Source: Squalus acanthias
Lineage: Eukaryota
Direction of reading: 5' to 3'
DNA: 64,000 nt
Assembly (NCBI GenBank): GCA_030390025.1
Contig: CM059431.1
Span: 151,468,001 to 151,532,000 of the forward strand
A model generated the notes under the pieces. It ran no database searches. It saw nothing but the letters and a program-made list of their open reading frames with translations, and was not told the DNA's origin. A program made the position numbers and the translations under genes. Below, in pieces: positions 1-10,794 of this stretch (position 1 is its first letter; each line of letters begins with the position of its first letter).

Positions 1-562
1 TACTGCCCGTCCGACTGTGCAGCGCTCCCTCAGTACTGCCCCTCCGATAGTGCAGTGCTCCCTCAGTACTGCCCCTCCGACAGTGCAGCGCTGCCTCAGT
101 ACTGCCCCTCCGACAGTGCAGTTCTCCCCCAGTACTGTCCCTCCGACAGTGCAGCGCACCCTCAGTACTGCATCTCCGACAGTGCAGCGCTCCCTCAGTC
201 CTGCCCCTCCGACTGCGGCGCTCCCTCAGAACTGCCACTGCAATTGTGCAGCGCTCCCTCAGTACTGCCCCTCCAACAGTGCAGCGCTCCCTCAGTACTG
301 CTGCACCGACTGTGCAGTGCCTCCTAAGTACTGCCCCTCCGACAGTGCAGCGCTCCCTCAGTCCTGACCCTTCGACAGTGCAGCGCTCCCTCAGTAATGC
401 CCCTGCGACTGTTCAGCGCTCCCTCAGTACTGCCCCTTCAATAGTGCAGCGCTCCCTCAGTACTGTCCTTCCGACAGTGCAGCGCTTACTCAGTTCAGCC
501 CCTCCAACAGTGTGGCGCTCCCTCAGAGCTGCCCCTGTTACAGTGCAGCGCACCCTCAGTAC
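1..562. repeat. 33-bp minisatellite (CAGTACTGCCCCTCCGACAGTGCAGCGCTCCCT)n, about 17 units, truncated by window start
   Basis: Direct tandem periodicity; translates to the 11-aa repeat STAPPTVQRSL. It continues into a SINE 5' head at ~575-665 (minus strand; B-box-like GTGGGTTCAAGCCCC). Confidence 0.95.
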
Positions 563-844
563 TGGAATTGGAATTTTTGTCCAGACATTATGCTTACGTT
601 TCTGGATAGGGGCTTGAACCCACAACCTTCTCATTCAGAGGAGACCCGCTGAGCCACCGCTGACACCATACAAGGCCAAGTTTTTTTTAAGCTTTCTAAT
701 CCTTTGACAAGGATCCATGTTTATCCCACAATAGAACAGTCGGTGGAAAGTCGCGGAACATTGATCAAACATGTCTTTTTCTTTAATTCTGAGTATAATA
801 TGATCAGACACTTGCTCTTATCATTCGGTTTCTCTTTCTTGCAG

Positions 845-1749
845 CGAATTTTGTGACCATTGTCATCCTGTGCCGAGGCAAATGTGGTCTCACGAAGTCG
901 GTCACTCTCTACTTGTTGACCATGTCTCTCTCGGATCTCCTCGTCATCTCCTTTTTCGTTATATTTGATTACCTCGCCTATTTCCACGTCGCATCTTTAG
1001 TATTTTTTTCTACGGCCGTCTGTACTGTCAACGAGTTCATGAAATCTGCCTTCATGGACTGTTCCGTTTGGTCCACGGTTGCTTTCACCTTCGATCGTTT
1101 CGTGGCTATCTGTCACCAGGGGCTCAAAGCCAAATATTGTACCTTGAGAATGGTGGCCACCGTCCTCGCGACCATCTGGGTGGTGAGCATCCTGAGGAAC
1201 ATCCCCGAATTGTTGAAATACGAGCCTATCGTCACGAAAGACCATCAAGGGTGGGGCTGCCGAGTGAGATTCACCTTTGATTATCTATTGGCATGGGTCA
1301 TCTTTGACTGGGTCCATCACCTACTGACGCCGCTCATTCCATACCTCTCCATCCTCCTCTTCAACTGCCTCACCGTCAAGCACATCTTGGCGGCCAGTTT
1401 GGCCCGGAGGAGAATCCGGAGTCAAACCGGCACCAGCGATGTCGAGATGAGAAACCGGAGAAAATCTATCATTCTGCTCTTCAGCATATCGGCTAGCTTC
1501 ATCCTGCTGTGGATGCCCAATGTAATTCGTTTCACCCTGGACCGAATTGCCAAGCTTTATTACAGCCCGGCTGACTTTACACACCCCTTGGCCATTCTCC
1601 GCCAGACTGGAAACATGTTGATGCTTCTGAGTTCGTGTGTCAATACGTTTATTTATGCCTTGACTCAAACTAAGTTCAGGAAAGAGCTGCTGAATGGGCT
1701 GATATTTCCTTTTGCTGTGATTGCTAAGTTAGTTAAATTAGTTCAGTGA
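845..1749 (+). CDS. Class A GPCR, probable G-protein coupled receptor 139-like; large second coding exon (exon 1 lies upstream of the window)
   Basis: Acceptor TTTCTCTTTCTTGCAG ends at 844 (phase 1, giving ANFVTIVILCRGKCGL). Open frame to TGA at 1747-1749. Hydrophobic TM segments, LxxxD in TM2 (LSDLL), FTFDRFVAIC (DRY variant) and SSCVNTFIY (NPxxY variant) match the chondrichthyan GPR139-like family. Confidence 0.9.
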
Positions 1750-2009
1750 TGTGAACATCAGAATATCCCTGAGGTTTTCCCACCTATAAACCATTGATCT
1801 GTACATGGGCTTCAGCAACGGGTGCCTGTAGCTGCTTCCTCTCAAAATTTAGCCGTTTGCATCCTGTGCACTCAGCTACTTCCCCTCTTAGACTCAGAGC
1901 ACATTACAGCCCAGCCAGAGGCCGTTCAGCCCATCCTTTCTGTTCCCTGCTCTACCTAGTTATTTCCACACTCCCTTGCTCTTTCCCCAAAGCCCAGCAA
2001 CTTGTTTCC

Positions 2010-2920
2010 GTCAAGTTTTTATCCTATTCCCTTTTGAAATCCTTATTTAATCTGCATCCACCTCACTTTCAGGCAGTGCGTTCCAGATCACTTCAATTCT
2101 CTGAGTAAAAAAAAAAACACTTCTCATTGTCCCACAGCTTCCTTTGCCAATTATCTTAAATCTGTGTCCCTTGGTTATTGGGAAAACTTCCAGTGGAAAG
2201 AGTTTCTCTTCGCCTACTGGAGCAAATCCCTTCATAATTCACAACATCCATATTAAATCTCCAGTTATCCATCTCCGCTCTAAGGCGGAAAATCCTAGAT
2301 TATCTAGTCTCTCCACATAACTGAAGTCCCTCAACCGTGGCCTCACTCTGTGAGTCTCCTCTTCGGTGATGCGAATCTCCATCGCAGGTCTTCTACTCCT
2401 CTCACTGCTGCAATCACTGCCTCTAGTCCACATGCTTCAATTATTTATTTTACGATTGAATCTGCCTTTACCACCCACCCAACAATCCCAGCTTCTCCAG
2501 TCTCTCCACATAACTGATGTTCATCATCCCGGGTAAATCTCTAGTAAATCTCTTCTGTACCCTCCACAAAGCCTTGATATCCTACCTAAAGCGCGACGCC
2601 CAGAACAGTAATCCAGCTGAGGCCTAGACAATGATTTATACAACTTTAGCATAGTGTCCTTGCTTTGTACTCTAATCCTCTATTAATAAAGCGGAGGTTT
2701 GTTTTTTGAAGTACTTTCTCAACTTGTCCTGTTACATTCAAAATTAAGTGTAGATAAACACCCGCCGGTGACATTAAGGAGTCAGATTTCAAAAGGGAAA
2801 ACAAATGTAGGGCTATGGGGACAGGGTGGTGGAGTGGGACTAGCTGAATTGCCCTGGCAGAGAGCCGGCAAGGGCTGGACGGGCCGATAGGCCTCCTTCT
2901 GTGCTTTAGCTATTCTATGA
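2010..2920. mobile_element. Degenerate CR1 LINE 3' fragments (mixed orientation)
   Basis: Minus-strand translation EKLFPL...TKGHRFKIIGK...FFTQRIEVIWNALPE; plus-strand 3' tail ending TTCTATGA near 2913-2920. Confidence 0.7.
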
Positions 2921-3195
2921 TTTGGGAGAAGAGAATAGATTGAGGAGTAGGGATCAGATTGATGAGTAGGGCTCAAATTGAAGAGGAGAGTTCAGAGTCA
3001 GGAGAAAGGGTCATTTCAGTTCGGAGCAGACTCGGTGCAGGTTGATGGCTGTCAGTGTGTTTGAGATAGAATGTGCTGAGAAGGAGTGTCGAGCTGACGT
3101 TGCATGTATTCACAGGGCAGCTGTGGGCAGGAAATGAAGTGAATCGCAGTTCTCAACCACTGTCACTCAGTCTCGCTGTTTCGGCGATGCTAAAA

Positions 3196-3266
3196 GCCTG
3201 GCTATTGGTGGGTAGAGCATCGGAATTTTAATCTGAGAATACAGTATTCAAGTCCCTTTTTGGGCG
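3196..3266 (+). tRNA. tRNA-Lys(TTT)-derived copy, degenerate (probable pseudogene)
   Basis: Aligns by eye to the vertebrate tRNA-Lys-TTT sequence GCCCGGATAGCTCAGTCGGTAGAGCATCAGACTTTTAATCTGAGGGTCCAGGGTTCAAGTCCCTGTTCGGGCG; D-arm damaged; followed by TTTT. Confidence 0.7.
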
Positions 3267-3459
3267 ATGCTTTTATAAATGAAATCACCATTTAATATAC
3301 AATTTAAAGCAACGACGTTAGATTATATACGGTCATAATATTGTTTTAAGTTGCAAAAAATTAAATGTATTAATGTATTGTATTGAGGCTGCAGGAAAGA
3401 TCAACGTGAATTGCTCGTGTTTTACAGTCCTATAAGGAAGTAAGATTTGAAAATCCTAA

Positions 3460-3532
3460 ACTAAATTAATGCACTTGAACGCTGCACCCTCGCATTCAAA
3501 ATCTGATGATTCCCTGACTGAGATAGCCAGGC
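3460..3532 (-). pseudogene. tRNA-Lys-like remnant, convergent with 3196-3266
   Basis: Reverse complement GCCTGGCTATCTCAGTCAGGGAATCATCAGATTTTGAATGCGAGGGTGCAGCGTTCAAGT; acceptor 3' strand lost. Confidence 0.55.
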
Positions 3533-4359
3533 TCATGCTTTCAATTTCACACAGCGACCTCCATGGCTAACATGGAACTATACATCTTTCACATTCCGCA
3601 TTTCACGCTACATTAACCCCGCGTGTACAAGGCATTTCTCTCTAGTCCCCTCTAGTTCACTTGCCAATCACTATCAATCTGTGTCCTCTGTTTACCGACG
3701 CTTCAACCACTGGAAACAGTTTCGCTATTTCTACTCTATCAAAACCATTGGTGATTTTGAACACCTCAATCAAATCTCCTCTTGACCTTCACTGCTCTAA
3801 AGAGAACAACCCCAGCTTCTAACAACACAGGTGTTAAATCTCCAGTTCGCTATCACTGCTCAAAGAAGACAGTCCTAGATTCTCTAGTCTCGCCACTTAA
3901 AAGAAGTCCCTCATCCCTGGTCTCATTATAGTAACCATGATGTGGAGATGCCGGTGTTGGACTGGGGTGGACAAATTTGAGAAGCCGCTCCAACCAGGCC
4001 CGCTCCTCCTTCCCCGCTGCCGACCGCTCTGTGGGAGAGAGATAGAAAGGCTCCTCTCCCCCGCTGTCGACGCTGGTCTGAGGCCTATCTGAGCCTCGGG
4101 CCTCCCTTTATTTAGAGTATGTCTTTGCTTCGGGGATGCGAATCTCCATCGCAGGTCTTCTCTCTTCGCTGCAATCAATGCCCCACTAGTCCACATGATT
4201 ATTTTCCTCCATAGTAAATCTCCAAGCCAAATTCACAGCCAAACACTTGGATCTAATGTTAAAATCTGTTCAAGGGCTGTGACTGTTCCTCAATTTATTC
4301 AATGTATTGATAGTCAAATGAGAAAATCATAATGAAATTGGGAAGTGACGATGCGGGGC

Positions 4360-5765
4360 AGAAGCTAATGTAATGTTGGCCATTCTCTCAAGGGGACTGG
4401 AATACAAAGGGGTGGAAGTTATGTGACATGTACACAAAGCTCTGGTTAGACCCCGTTTAGAGCACGGCGATCAGTTCGGCGCAGGGCACCTCAGGAAGGA
4501 CACATTGGCATTGGAGCGGGTGCAGATCAGATTCACCAGAATGATAATGGCCCAGAAATTGGACTTCGATGGTTGCCGCGGGGGTAAGGATCTGCCGCGA
4601 TATCGCACTCCGCACCTGCCTTTATGGTTTTGGCCCACACGAACTTCAGTTCCTGGGCCTCTCCCTGGTGCCGGCGCGCAGTGTGTGCGTGTCCCAGAGG
4701 CGCAGTTATTTCGATGCGACCTCTGGGATCACGTGAGCCAGTCAGAGCCAATGGCATCACAACATCTTTCATTCATAGTTTTGACAGGAAGAGCTGTCAA
4801 AGCTATGAATACAAATTGCCCCCATAAGAGCAGCTAAACCTCAATTAAATTTAAAAAAAACATCACATTAATAAAATAACTACAGTTAAATAAATTAACC
4901 TCTTTAAACAAAAATTTAAATTTTTGAAAAATTTTAAATTCTTTTTTAAAGTTATAAAAATAAACTTACCTTTCTCTAAAGTCTCTGAAAAAGATAAACC
5001 TGTTGAAAAAAAATTAAAATAATACTTAATTTACTACTTACCTTGTCAAAAGGAGGTCTTACGCCTGCTTTTTTCATGTGCAAAATCTTCAACACTTACC
5101 TTCGCGTTCAAACCTGAAAAAAAAACTAAGTGTGCTGCGTTCGCACAGCCTGTAGTGCGCACGCGGTTCACTTAGGAACCGCCCCCTTCGCAATATCGGA
5201 AGTGCCGGTTTCCCGCGCATGCGCAGTGCATGCAGGAAACCGGTACTTCGGGACCGAATATGGGTGAGTGCACAGTGCGTACTCTCCCGTATTCGGACGA
5301 ATTTCTGGGCCAATGACGCTAAAAGTGTTAAATTATGAAGACAGGCTGCACGGACCAGGATTGTATTCCTTTGAGTAAATATGATGAAATGATGGTCTAA
5401 TTGATGTGTTTAAGATGATTAAAGGAGTTGGTTGTGTCAATAGAGAGAAACTATTTCCTCCGGTCAGGAATTGTAGAAGAAAGGGGCACAAACTTAAGAT
5501 TAGAGCTAAACTGTTCAGGGTGATGTCCGGGTACCTTCTTCACACAAAGGTTAGTGGAAATCTACAACTCTCTCCCGCAGTAACCTGTTGAGGCTCGGTC
5601 AATTGAAAATTTTAACACTGCGATTAGTAGATTTTTTTAGGCAAGATTATTTAGGGTGCGGTAACCAAGGCAGTTAATTGGAGTCGAGAGGCAGTTCAGC
5701 CATGATCTATTTGAATGGGGGAACTGGCGTGATGCGCTGAATGGCATCCTCATGTTCCTATATTC
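4360..5765 (+). mobile_element. Old CR1 LINE 3' fragment split by the TIR element at 4549-5311
   Basis: CR1 ORF2 C-terminal motifs (ALERVQxRFTRMI; REKLFP; KGHKLKIRAK); uninterrupted paralog at ~23860-24495. Confidence 0.8.
4549..5311. mobile_element. Non-autonomous DNA transposon (763 bp) with 12-bp TIR GGCCCAGAAATT and 3-bp TSD AAT
   Basis: AAT(4546-4548)|GGCCCAGAAATT...AATTTCTGGGCC|AAT(5312-5314). The paralog at ~24040 reads GAATGATAATGACG with a single AAT (empty site). Confidence 0.88.
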
Positions 5766-6139
5766 ATAGAATTGCTACATTCCGAGACTAAGAAGGGACG
5801 GTAATATTCAGGGAAATATAAACCATAAGGACGTAAAAATGGAGCAGGAATAGGCCTTACGGACCCTCGAACCTGCTCCGCCATTCAATAAGATCATGTC
5901 TGATCTTCGACCTCAACTTCACTTTCTCGTCCGATCCCCATTTCCCGTGATTGCCCTGCAGTCCAAAATCCATCTATCTCAGACTTGAATATACTAAAGG
6001 ATTGATTTTCAATACCCCTCTGGGTTAGAGAATTCCAAATATTGTATAAAATGTTTACATTTTAAATTGTTTTCATTTTGAAAATCACTTATTAAATATC
6101 AGGTTGTGTTGCAATTTCTAAAACATATTTAACATATGT

Positions 6140-6480
6140 TTTAAAGATACAGTAGGAAACATATTTGAACACATTTGACACCGAGCCACAAAAGGAGATA
6201 TTACGTCAGATGACGATGAGGTAGGTGTTAAGGAGTGCCTTAAAGGAGGAGAGAGGAATATAAAGGCGGAGAGCTTTAGGAAGGGAATTCCAAAGCTGTG
6301 AGTCGAGGCAGCTGAAGGCCATTGCCGCCAAGGTTGAGGCGTATAAAATCGGGGGCAGGGGGTGCGCAAGAGGCCAGAATTGGAGGAGCACGGCGAACGT
6401 CGAGGGTTGTAGGACTGGAGGAGGTGACAGTGATCGGGAGCGGACGAGGGTCATGGAGGATTTGAAAACAAGGATGGGAA
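6140..6480 (-). mobile_element. L2-type LINE 3' fragment (paralog at ~24860-25210)
   Basis: Translation FPILVFKS...AFSCLDSQLWNSLPKALRL...SSFKALLNTYL resembles the L2 ORF2 C-terminus. Confidence 0.65.
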
Positions 6481-6685
6481 AATGAGAAGGTTGAGAGGAG
6501 ATTCGATGGAGGTGCTCAAAATCATGAGGGGTCTGGACAGAGTCGATAGAGAGAAACTTTTCCCACTGGGGGAAGGGTCCAGAACCAAAGGGGACAGATT
6601 TAAGGTGATTGGCAAAAGAACCAAAGGCGACGTAAGAACACATTTCTTTATGCGTTGAGTGATTAAGATCTGGAAAGAGCTGTAC

Positions 6686-7034
6686 GAAACGCAGCAACCA
6701 ATTTTCGAACAGCAAGATCTCTCAAAAAACAATGCGATAATGTTCAGACAATCTCTTCTTTAGCGGGGTAAATATTGGGCCAGGACACTTGGGAGAACTG
6801 CACTACTCTTCTCTCCAACAGTGGGGTGAGATTGATTATGTCCACCTGAGAGAGCAGAAGCAGTTTAACGTCTCGTCCAAAAGACGGAATTGCTGACTGT
6901 GCAGCGCTCTCTTGGTACTGCACTGGATTGTCAGCCTAGATTAGGTGCTTAAATCCCTGGAGTGAGAGTTGAACCCAGGACTAATTCGCGGCTTTAGATG
7001 TGAGTGCCCTTCCAACTAAGCCCAGGCTGGCGCA
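6686..7034 (-). mobile_element. Deu-domain SINE (SacSINE1/AmnSINE-like), inverted paralog of 8583-9025
   Basis: Reverse complement shares the head GCGCCAGCC..GCGAATTAGTCCTGGGTTCAA and Deu-like core with 8583; paralog at ~25407-25751. Confidence 0.75.
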
Positions 7035-7651
7035 ATAAAAGATCACAACTTTAGAGAAGAGCAGGGGAGTTCTCACCGGTGTCCTTGAGATAGTATTTAA
7101 TTGTCTGTAAAACGCTTTGCGACGTCCCGTGGACGTGATCGCCGCAGTATAAATGCAACTCCTTCTTACACTTTTAAATTATTCTCACATTTCCATTGTC
7201 TCTCTGTGTCTGAGCACTGCTGCACATCGGAGTAAGGGAAGTTTCTTTTATTTTCCATTCCCAGAACAGTGTCAGAACCAGATAGTCAAAGCCAGGATAT
7301 TCAGGAGAGAAGTTAGGAAACACTTCTTCCTGCAATGGATGGGAGAAGTGTGGAATTCTCTGCGACAGAAAACTGTCAATCAATTATTTTAAATCGGAGG
7401 TCGGTTGAGTTTTGCTAGACAAGGGTATAAAAGGACATGGAGCCAAGAAGAGAAGAAGGTGGTGTATGGAGATCGGATACAGATCAGCAATGATCTTATC
7501 TTTCTATCTTTCAAATCTTACTTTCCTGGAGAACCATAAAACGCGAGCAATTAGTTTATGTATGAATATTTTTCAATTTAATACGATTTTTGTGGTCGGC
7601 TATAATCTAACGTCGCTGCTGTAAATTGCTGTTTCCATTGATTAGAAGCAG

Positions 7652-7724
7652 CGCTCGAAGGGGGACTTGAACCCTTGAACCACACGATAAATTTCTGCGG
7701 CTCTACCGATTGAACGATCCGGAC
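7652..7724 (-). tRNA. tRNA-Lys(TTT)-derived copy, degenerate
   Basis: Reverse complement GTCCGGATCGTTCAATCGGTAGAGCCGCAGAAATTTATCGTGTGGTTCAAGGGTTCAAGTCCCCCTTCGAGCG (73 nt) with the same flanks as the other copies. Confidence 0.65.
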
Positions 7725-7959
7725 ACGGAAGTGGAAAAGAAACAGCGGCACTGAGAGGCGGTTTCAGGAATTACATTTCCTTCACTTCCTGCTCACAGCT
7801 GCCCTCTGAACACACGCATCGTCACCCCTTTGCTTCAGCTCGACTCCTCTTCTCAGCACATTCTAACTTAATCATACGAACAGCCATCAACCTGCCCCGA
7901 GTCTGCTCCGAACTGAAATGAACCTTTCTCCTGAATCTGACCACTTCTCTTTAATCTGA

Positions 7960-8092
7960 TACAAAAAGAAAATACAACAGATGCTGGAAATCTGAAATAA
8001 AAACAAAAAATTCTGGTGATACTCAGCCGGTCAGGCACCATCTGTGAAGAGAGAAACAGAGTTAACGTATCAGGTCGATGATCTTTCGTTCT
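7960..8092 (-). mobile_element. Penelope-like pseudo-LTR fragment (paralog at ~26660-26775)
   Basis: CAGAGTTAACGTATCAGGTCGATGA matches the terminal region of the Penelope element at 43265-43320; the GATGCTGGAAATCTGAAATAAAAAC part matches the plus-strand remnant near 55850-55940. Confidence 0.6.
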
Positions 8093-8582
8093 GGAGTGCA
8101 TGTCCACAGATCCCTGAAGGTAGCAGAACAGGTAGACAAGATAGTGAAGGAGGCATACGGAATACTTGCCTTTATTAGCCGAGGCATAGAATATAAGAGC
8201 TGGGAAGTTATGCTAGAATTGCGTAAAACTCAAGTTTGGCCACTACTTGAATACTGCTTGCAATTGTGGTCACCACATTACAAGAGGGATGTGATTGCAT
8301 TAGAGAGGGCTAGTGCAGGGCTACGGGGAAAGTGCTTGGGTGTGGGACAAGCTGAGAGAAGGCACGGGTACGACGGGCCGAATGGCCTTGTCCCGGGATG
8401 CTTACATTCTATGATTCCATTCTATTATTCTAACTTGTCCTGCCGCCTTCAAAAACGTGGGTACTGAACACTCCAGCGGTGAGATTAAGGAGAAGTGAGT
8501 CAGATTGTGGGCAAGGAATGAGATTGAGCATTAAGGGTCAGATTGAAGAGAACTGCTCTTCTCCAAAGATGACAATTTTATT

Positions 8583-9025
8583 GCGCCAGCCTTGGCTCAG
8601 TTGGAAGGGCATTCACATCTGCAGTCGCGAATTAGTCCTGGGTTCAAGTCACACTCCAGGGATTTAAGCACCTCAATCTAGGCTGACAATGCAGTGCAGT
8701 ACCAAGAGAGCGCTGCACAGTCAGCAATTCCGTCTTTTGGACGAGAAGTTAAACCGCGTCTGCCCTCTCATGAGGACATAAACAATCTCACAGCCACACT
8801 TGGAGAGAAGAGTAGAGGAGTTCTCCCAAGTGACCTGGCCCAATATTTACCCCACTAAAGAAGAGATTGTCTGATCATTATCGCATTGTTGTTTGAGGGA
8901 TCTTGCTGTTCGAAAATTGGTTGCTGCGTTTCCTACATTCCAACAGTTGAAAAGTACTTCATTGATTGTAAGGCGCTTTGGGACGTCTGTGGTTGTAAAA
9001 GGCGCTATATCAATGCAAATTCTTT
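8583..9025 (+). mobile_element. Deu-domain SINE (SacSINE1/AmnSINE-like), near full length
   Basis: tRNA-like head (TGGCTCAGTTGG, GGGTTCAAGTC), core CCGTCTTTTGGACGAGA.GTTAAACC..GTCTGCCCTCTCA, tail GGCGCTATATCAATGCAA. Paralogs at ~27268-27712 and ~32763-33208. Confidence 0.8.
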
Positions 9026-9334
9026 CTTCGAATAGTGCCATGGGATCTTTCACATCGACCTGAGCGGGCAGCATTGAATGGCAATAAAAACCAGTAGAAA
9101 GATATAAGGGGGCAGCCGTTTCGCTATCGCCGATTTCACACTATTGCACGAAGTCAATATTACCAGACTTTCACTGCATTTAGTTTGGAACCAGTCCTCG
9201 GAATGGGAAATGCACTGGTGTGAATGCTGGGCTCACTGATTAGACTCGCACGGCAATAGTGTCTTGGTGACACGCTGGAGAGTGCCTGGCTCCCGCGCTC
9301 TGTTAACTAAGATAACAGACAGTGAGTGGGAAGG

Positions 9335-10620
9335 AGGGTAAATCGTGCTTGACTAATCTATTGGAATTTTTTGAGGGAGTAACTGGTAAAATAGATGTGG
9401 GAGAGCCAGTAGATGTGGTGTACCTGGACTTCCAAAAGGCCTTCGATAAGGTCCCACATAAAAGATTAGCATGGAAAATTGAAGCTCATGGGATAAAGGG
9501 GAAAGTATTGACGTGGTTAGAGAACTGGCTGTCAGATAGAAAACAGAGAGTTGGAATAAACGGCTCATTTTCTGAATGGCAGGCAGTAACAAGTGGAGTA
9601 CCACTGGGATCTGTCCTGGGTCCCCAGCTGTTCACAATTTACATTAATGACCTGGATCAGGGAGTCGGATGCAGCATTTCCAAATTTGCAGACGACACTA
9701 AACTAGGAGGGTGGGTGGGCTCAGAGGAGGAGACCAGGAAGCTCCAGAGCGATTTGGACAGACTGGGTGATTGGGCGGATAAATGGCAGATGCACTATAA
9801 TGTGGACAAGTGCGAAGTTATCCACCTTGGGTGCAGGAACGGGAGGGCAAATTATTATTTAAATGGCAATAAAATGGGAGAGGGGGAAGTACAGAGAGAC
9901 CTGGGTGTTCTTGTACACCAGTCACTGAAGGCGAGCATGCAGGTGCAACAGGCGGTCAAGAAGGCAAACGGTATGCTGCCCTTCATAGCAAAAGGGTTGG
10001 AATACAGGAACAGGGATACCTTGCTGCAGCTGTACAGGGCACTGGTGAGACCACACCTCGAGTACTGTGTACAGTTTTGCTCGCCTCATCTGAGGAAATA
10101 TGTTCTTGCCATGGAGGGGGTGCAGCGGCGATTCACCAGGCTGATACCAGGAATGGCGGGATTGACCTATGAGGAGAGACTATGTAGTTTAGGGATGTAC
10201 ACACTGGAGTTTAGAAGATTGAGAGGGGACCTCATAGAAGCGTATAAAATTCTGACAGGTCTAGACAGAGTAGATGCAGAAGGAATGTTTCCCTTGGCGG
10301 GTGAGAACAGAACTAGAGGACATAATTTAAGGATAAGGGCTAAACCATTTAGGACAGAAATGAGGGGGAATTTCTTCACTCAGAGGGTGGTGAACCTGTG
10401 GAACTCATTGCCACAGAGGGCAGTGTACGCCAGCTCATTAAATATATTTAAGAGGGAATTCGGTATATTTCTAAAGGCAAAAGGGGTTAAGGGTTACGGA
10501 GAGAAGGCGGGGACGGGATACTGAATTGGAGGATCAGCCATGATCTCATTAAATGGCGGAGCAGGCTCGAAGGGCCGGATGGCCTACTCCTGCTCCTATC
10601 TTCTATGTATGTATCTATGT
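9335..10620 (+). mobile_element. Young 5'-truncated CR1 LINE with uninterrupted reverse-transcriptase frame
   Basis: About 395 codons without stop or frameshift (DFQKAFDKV, GVPLGSVLGP, KFADD, to GYGEKAGTGY* at 10524); CR1 3' UTR and (TATG) tail; absent from paralogs at ~28020, ~33517 and ~37753. Confidence 0.93.
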
Positions 10621-10794
10621 AATACAGGCCGTTTTCAATATATTCGCAGAATGCTTCATTTATTGTAATGCAAAGTCAATAAACTTACAGTATATCAGGC
10701 CACAGAACGTCAGGAGACTATTGACCAGTTGCTCAATCAAGATCTACTAAAGGAGTCGCTTCTGGTTAGGTTTTTAAAGCTTTACAGCATCAGA

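Noticed and set aside
17..634. Ser/Thr/Pro- or Cys-rich ORFs (also 21176-22230)
   Set aside because: They are translations of the 33-bp minisatellite, open in several frames and on both strands, inside a SINE and an intron.
721..1668. Antisense and alternate-frame ORFs over the GPCR exon
   Set aside because: Shadow ORFs with no recognisable motifs.
9138..9300. RNase MRP-like words (AGTCCCCGG, GGGCTCA, GAGAGTGCC) and a miR-92-type seed (TATTGCAC) in module X
   Set aside because: Order and spacing do not fit RNase MRP, and the seed is present in only one of four copies.
9322..10524. 400-aa ORF as a host gene
   Set aside because: It is a 5'-truncated CR1 ORF2; the GTG start comes from flanking DNA and paralogous sites are empty.
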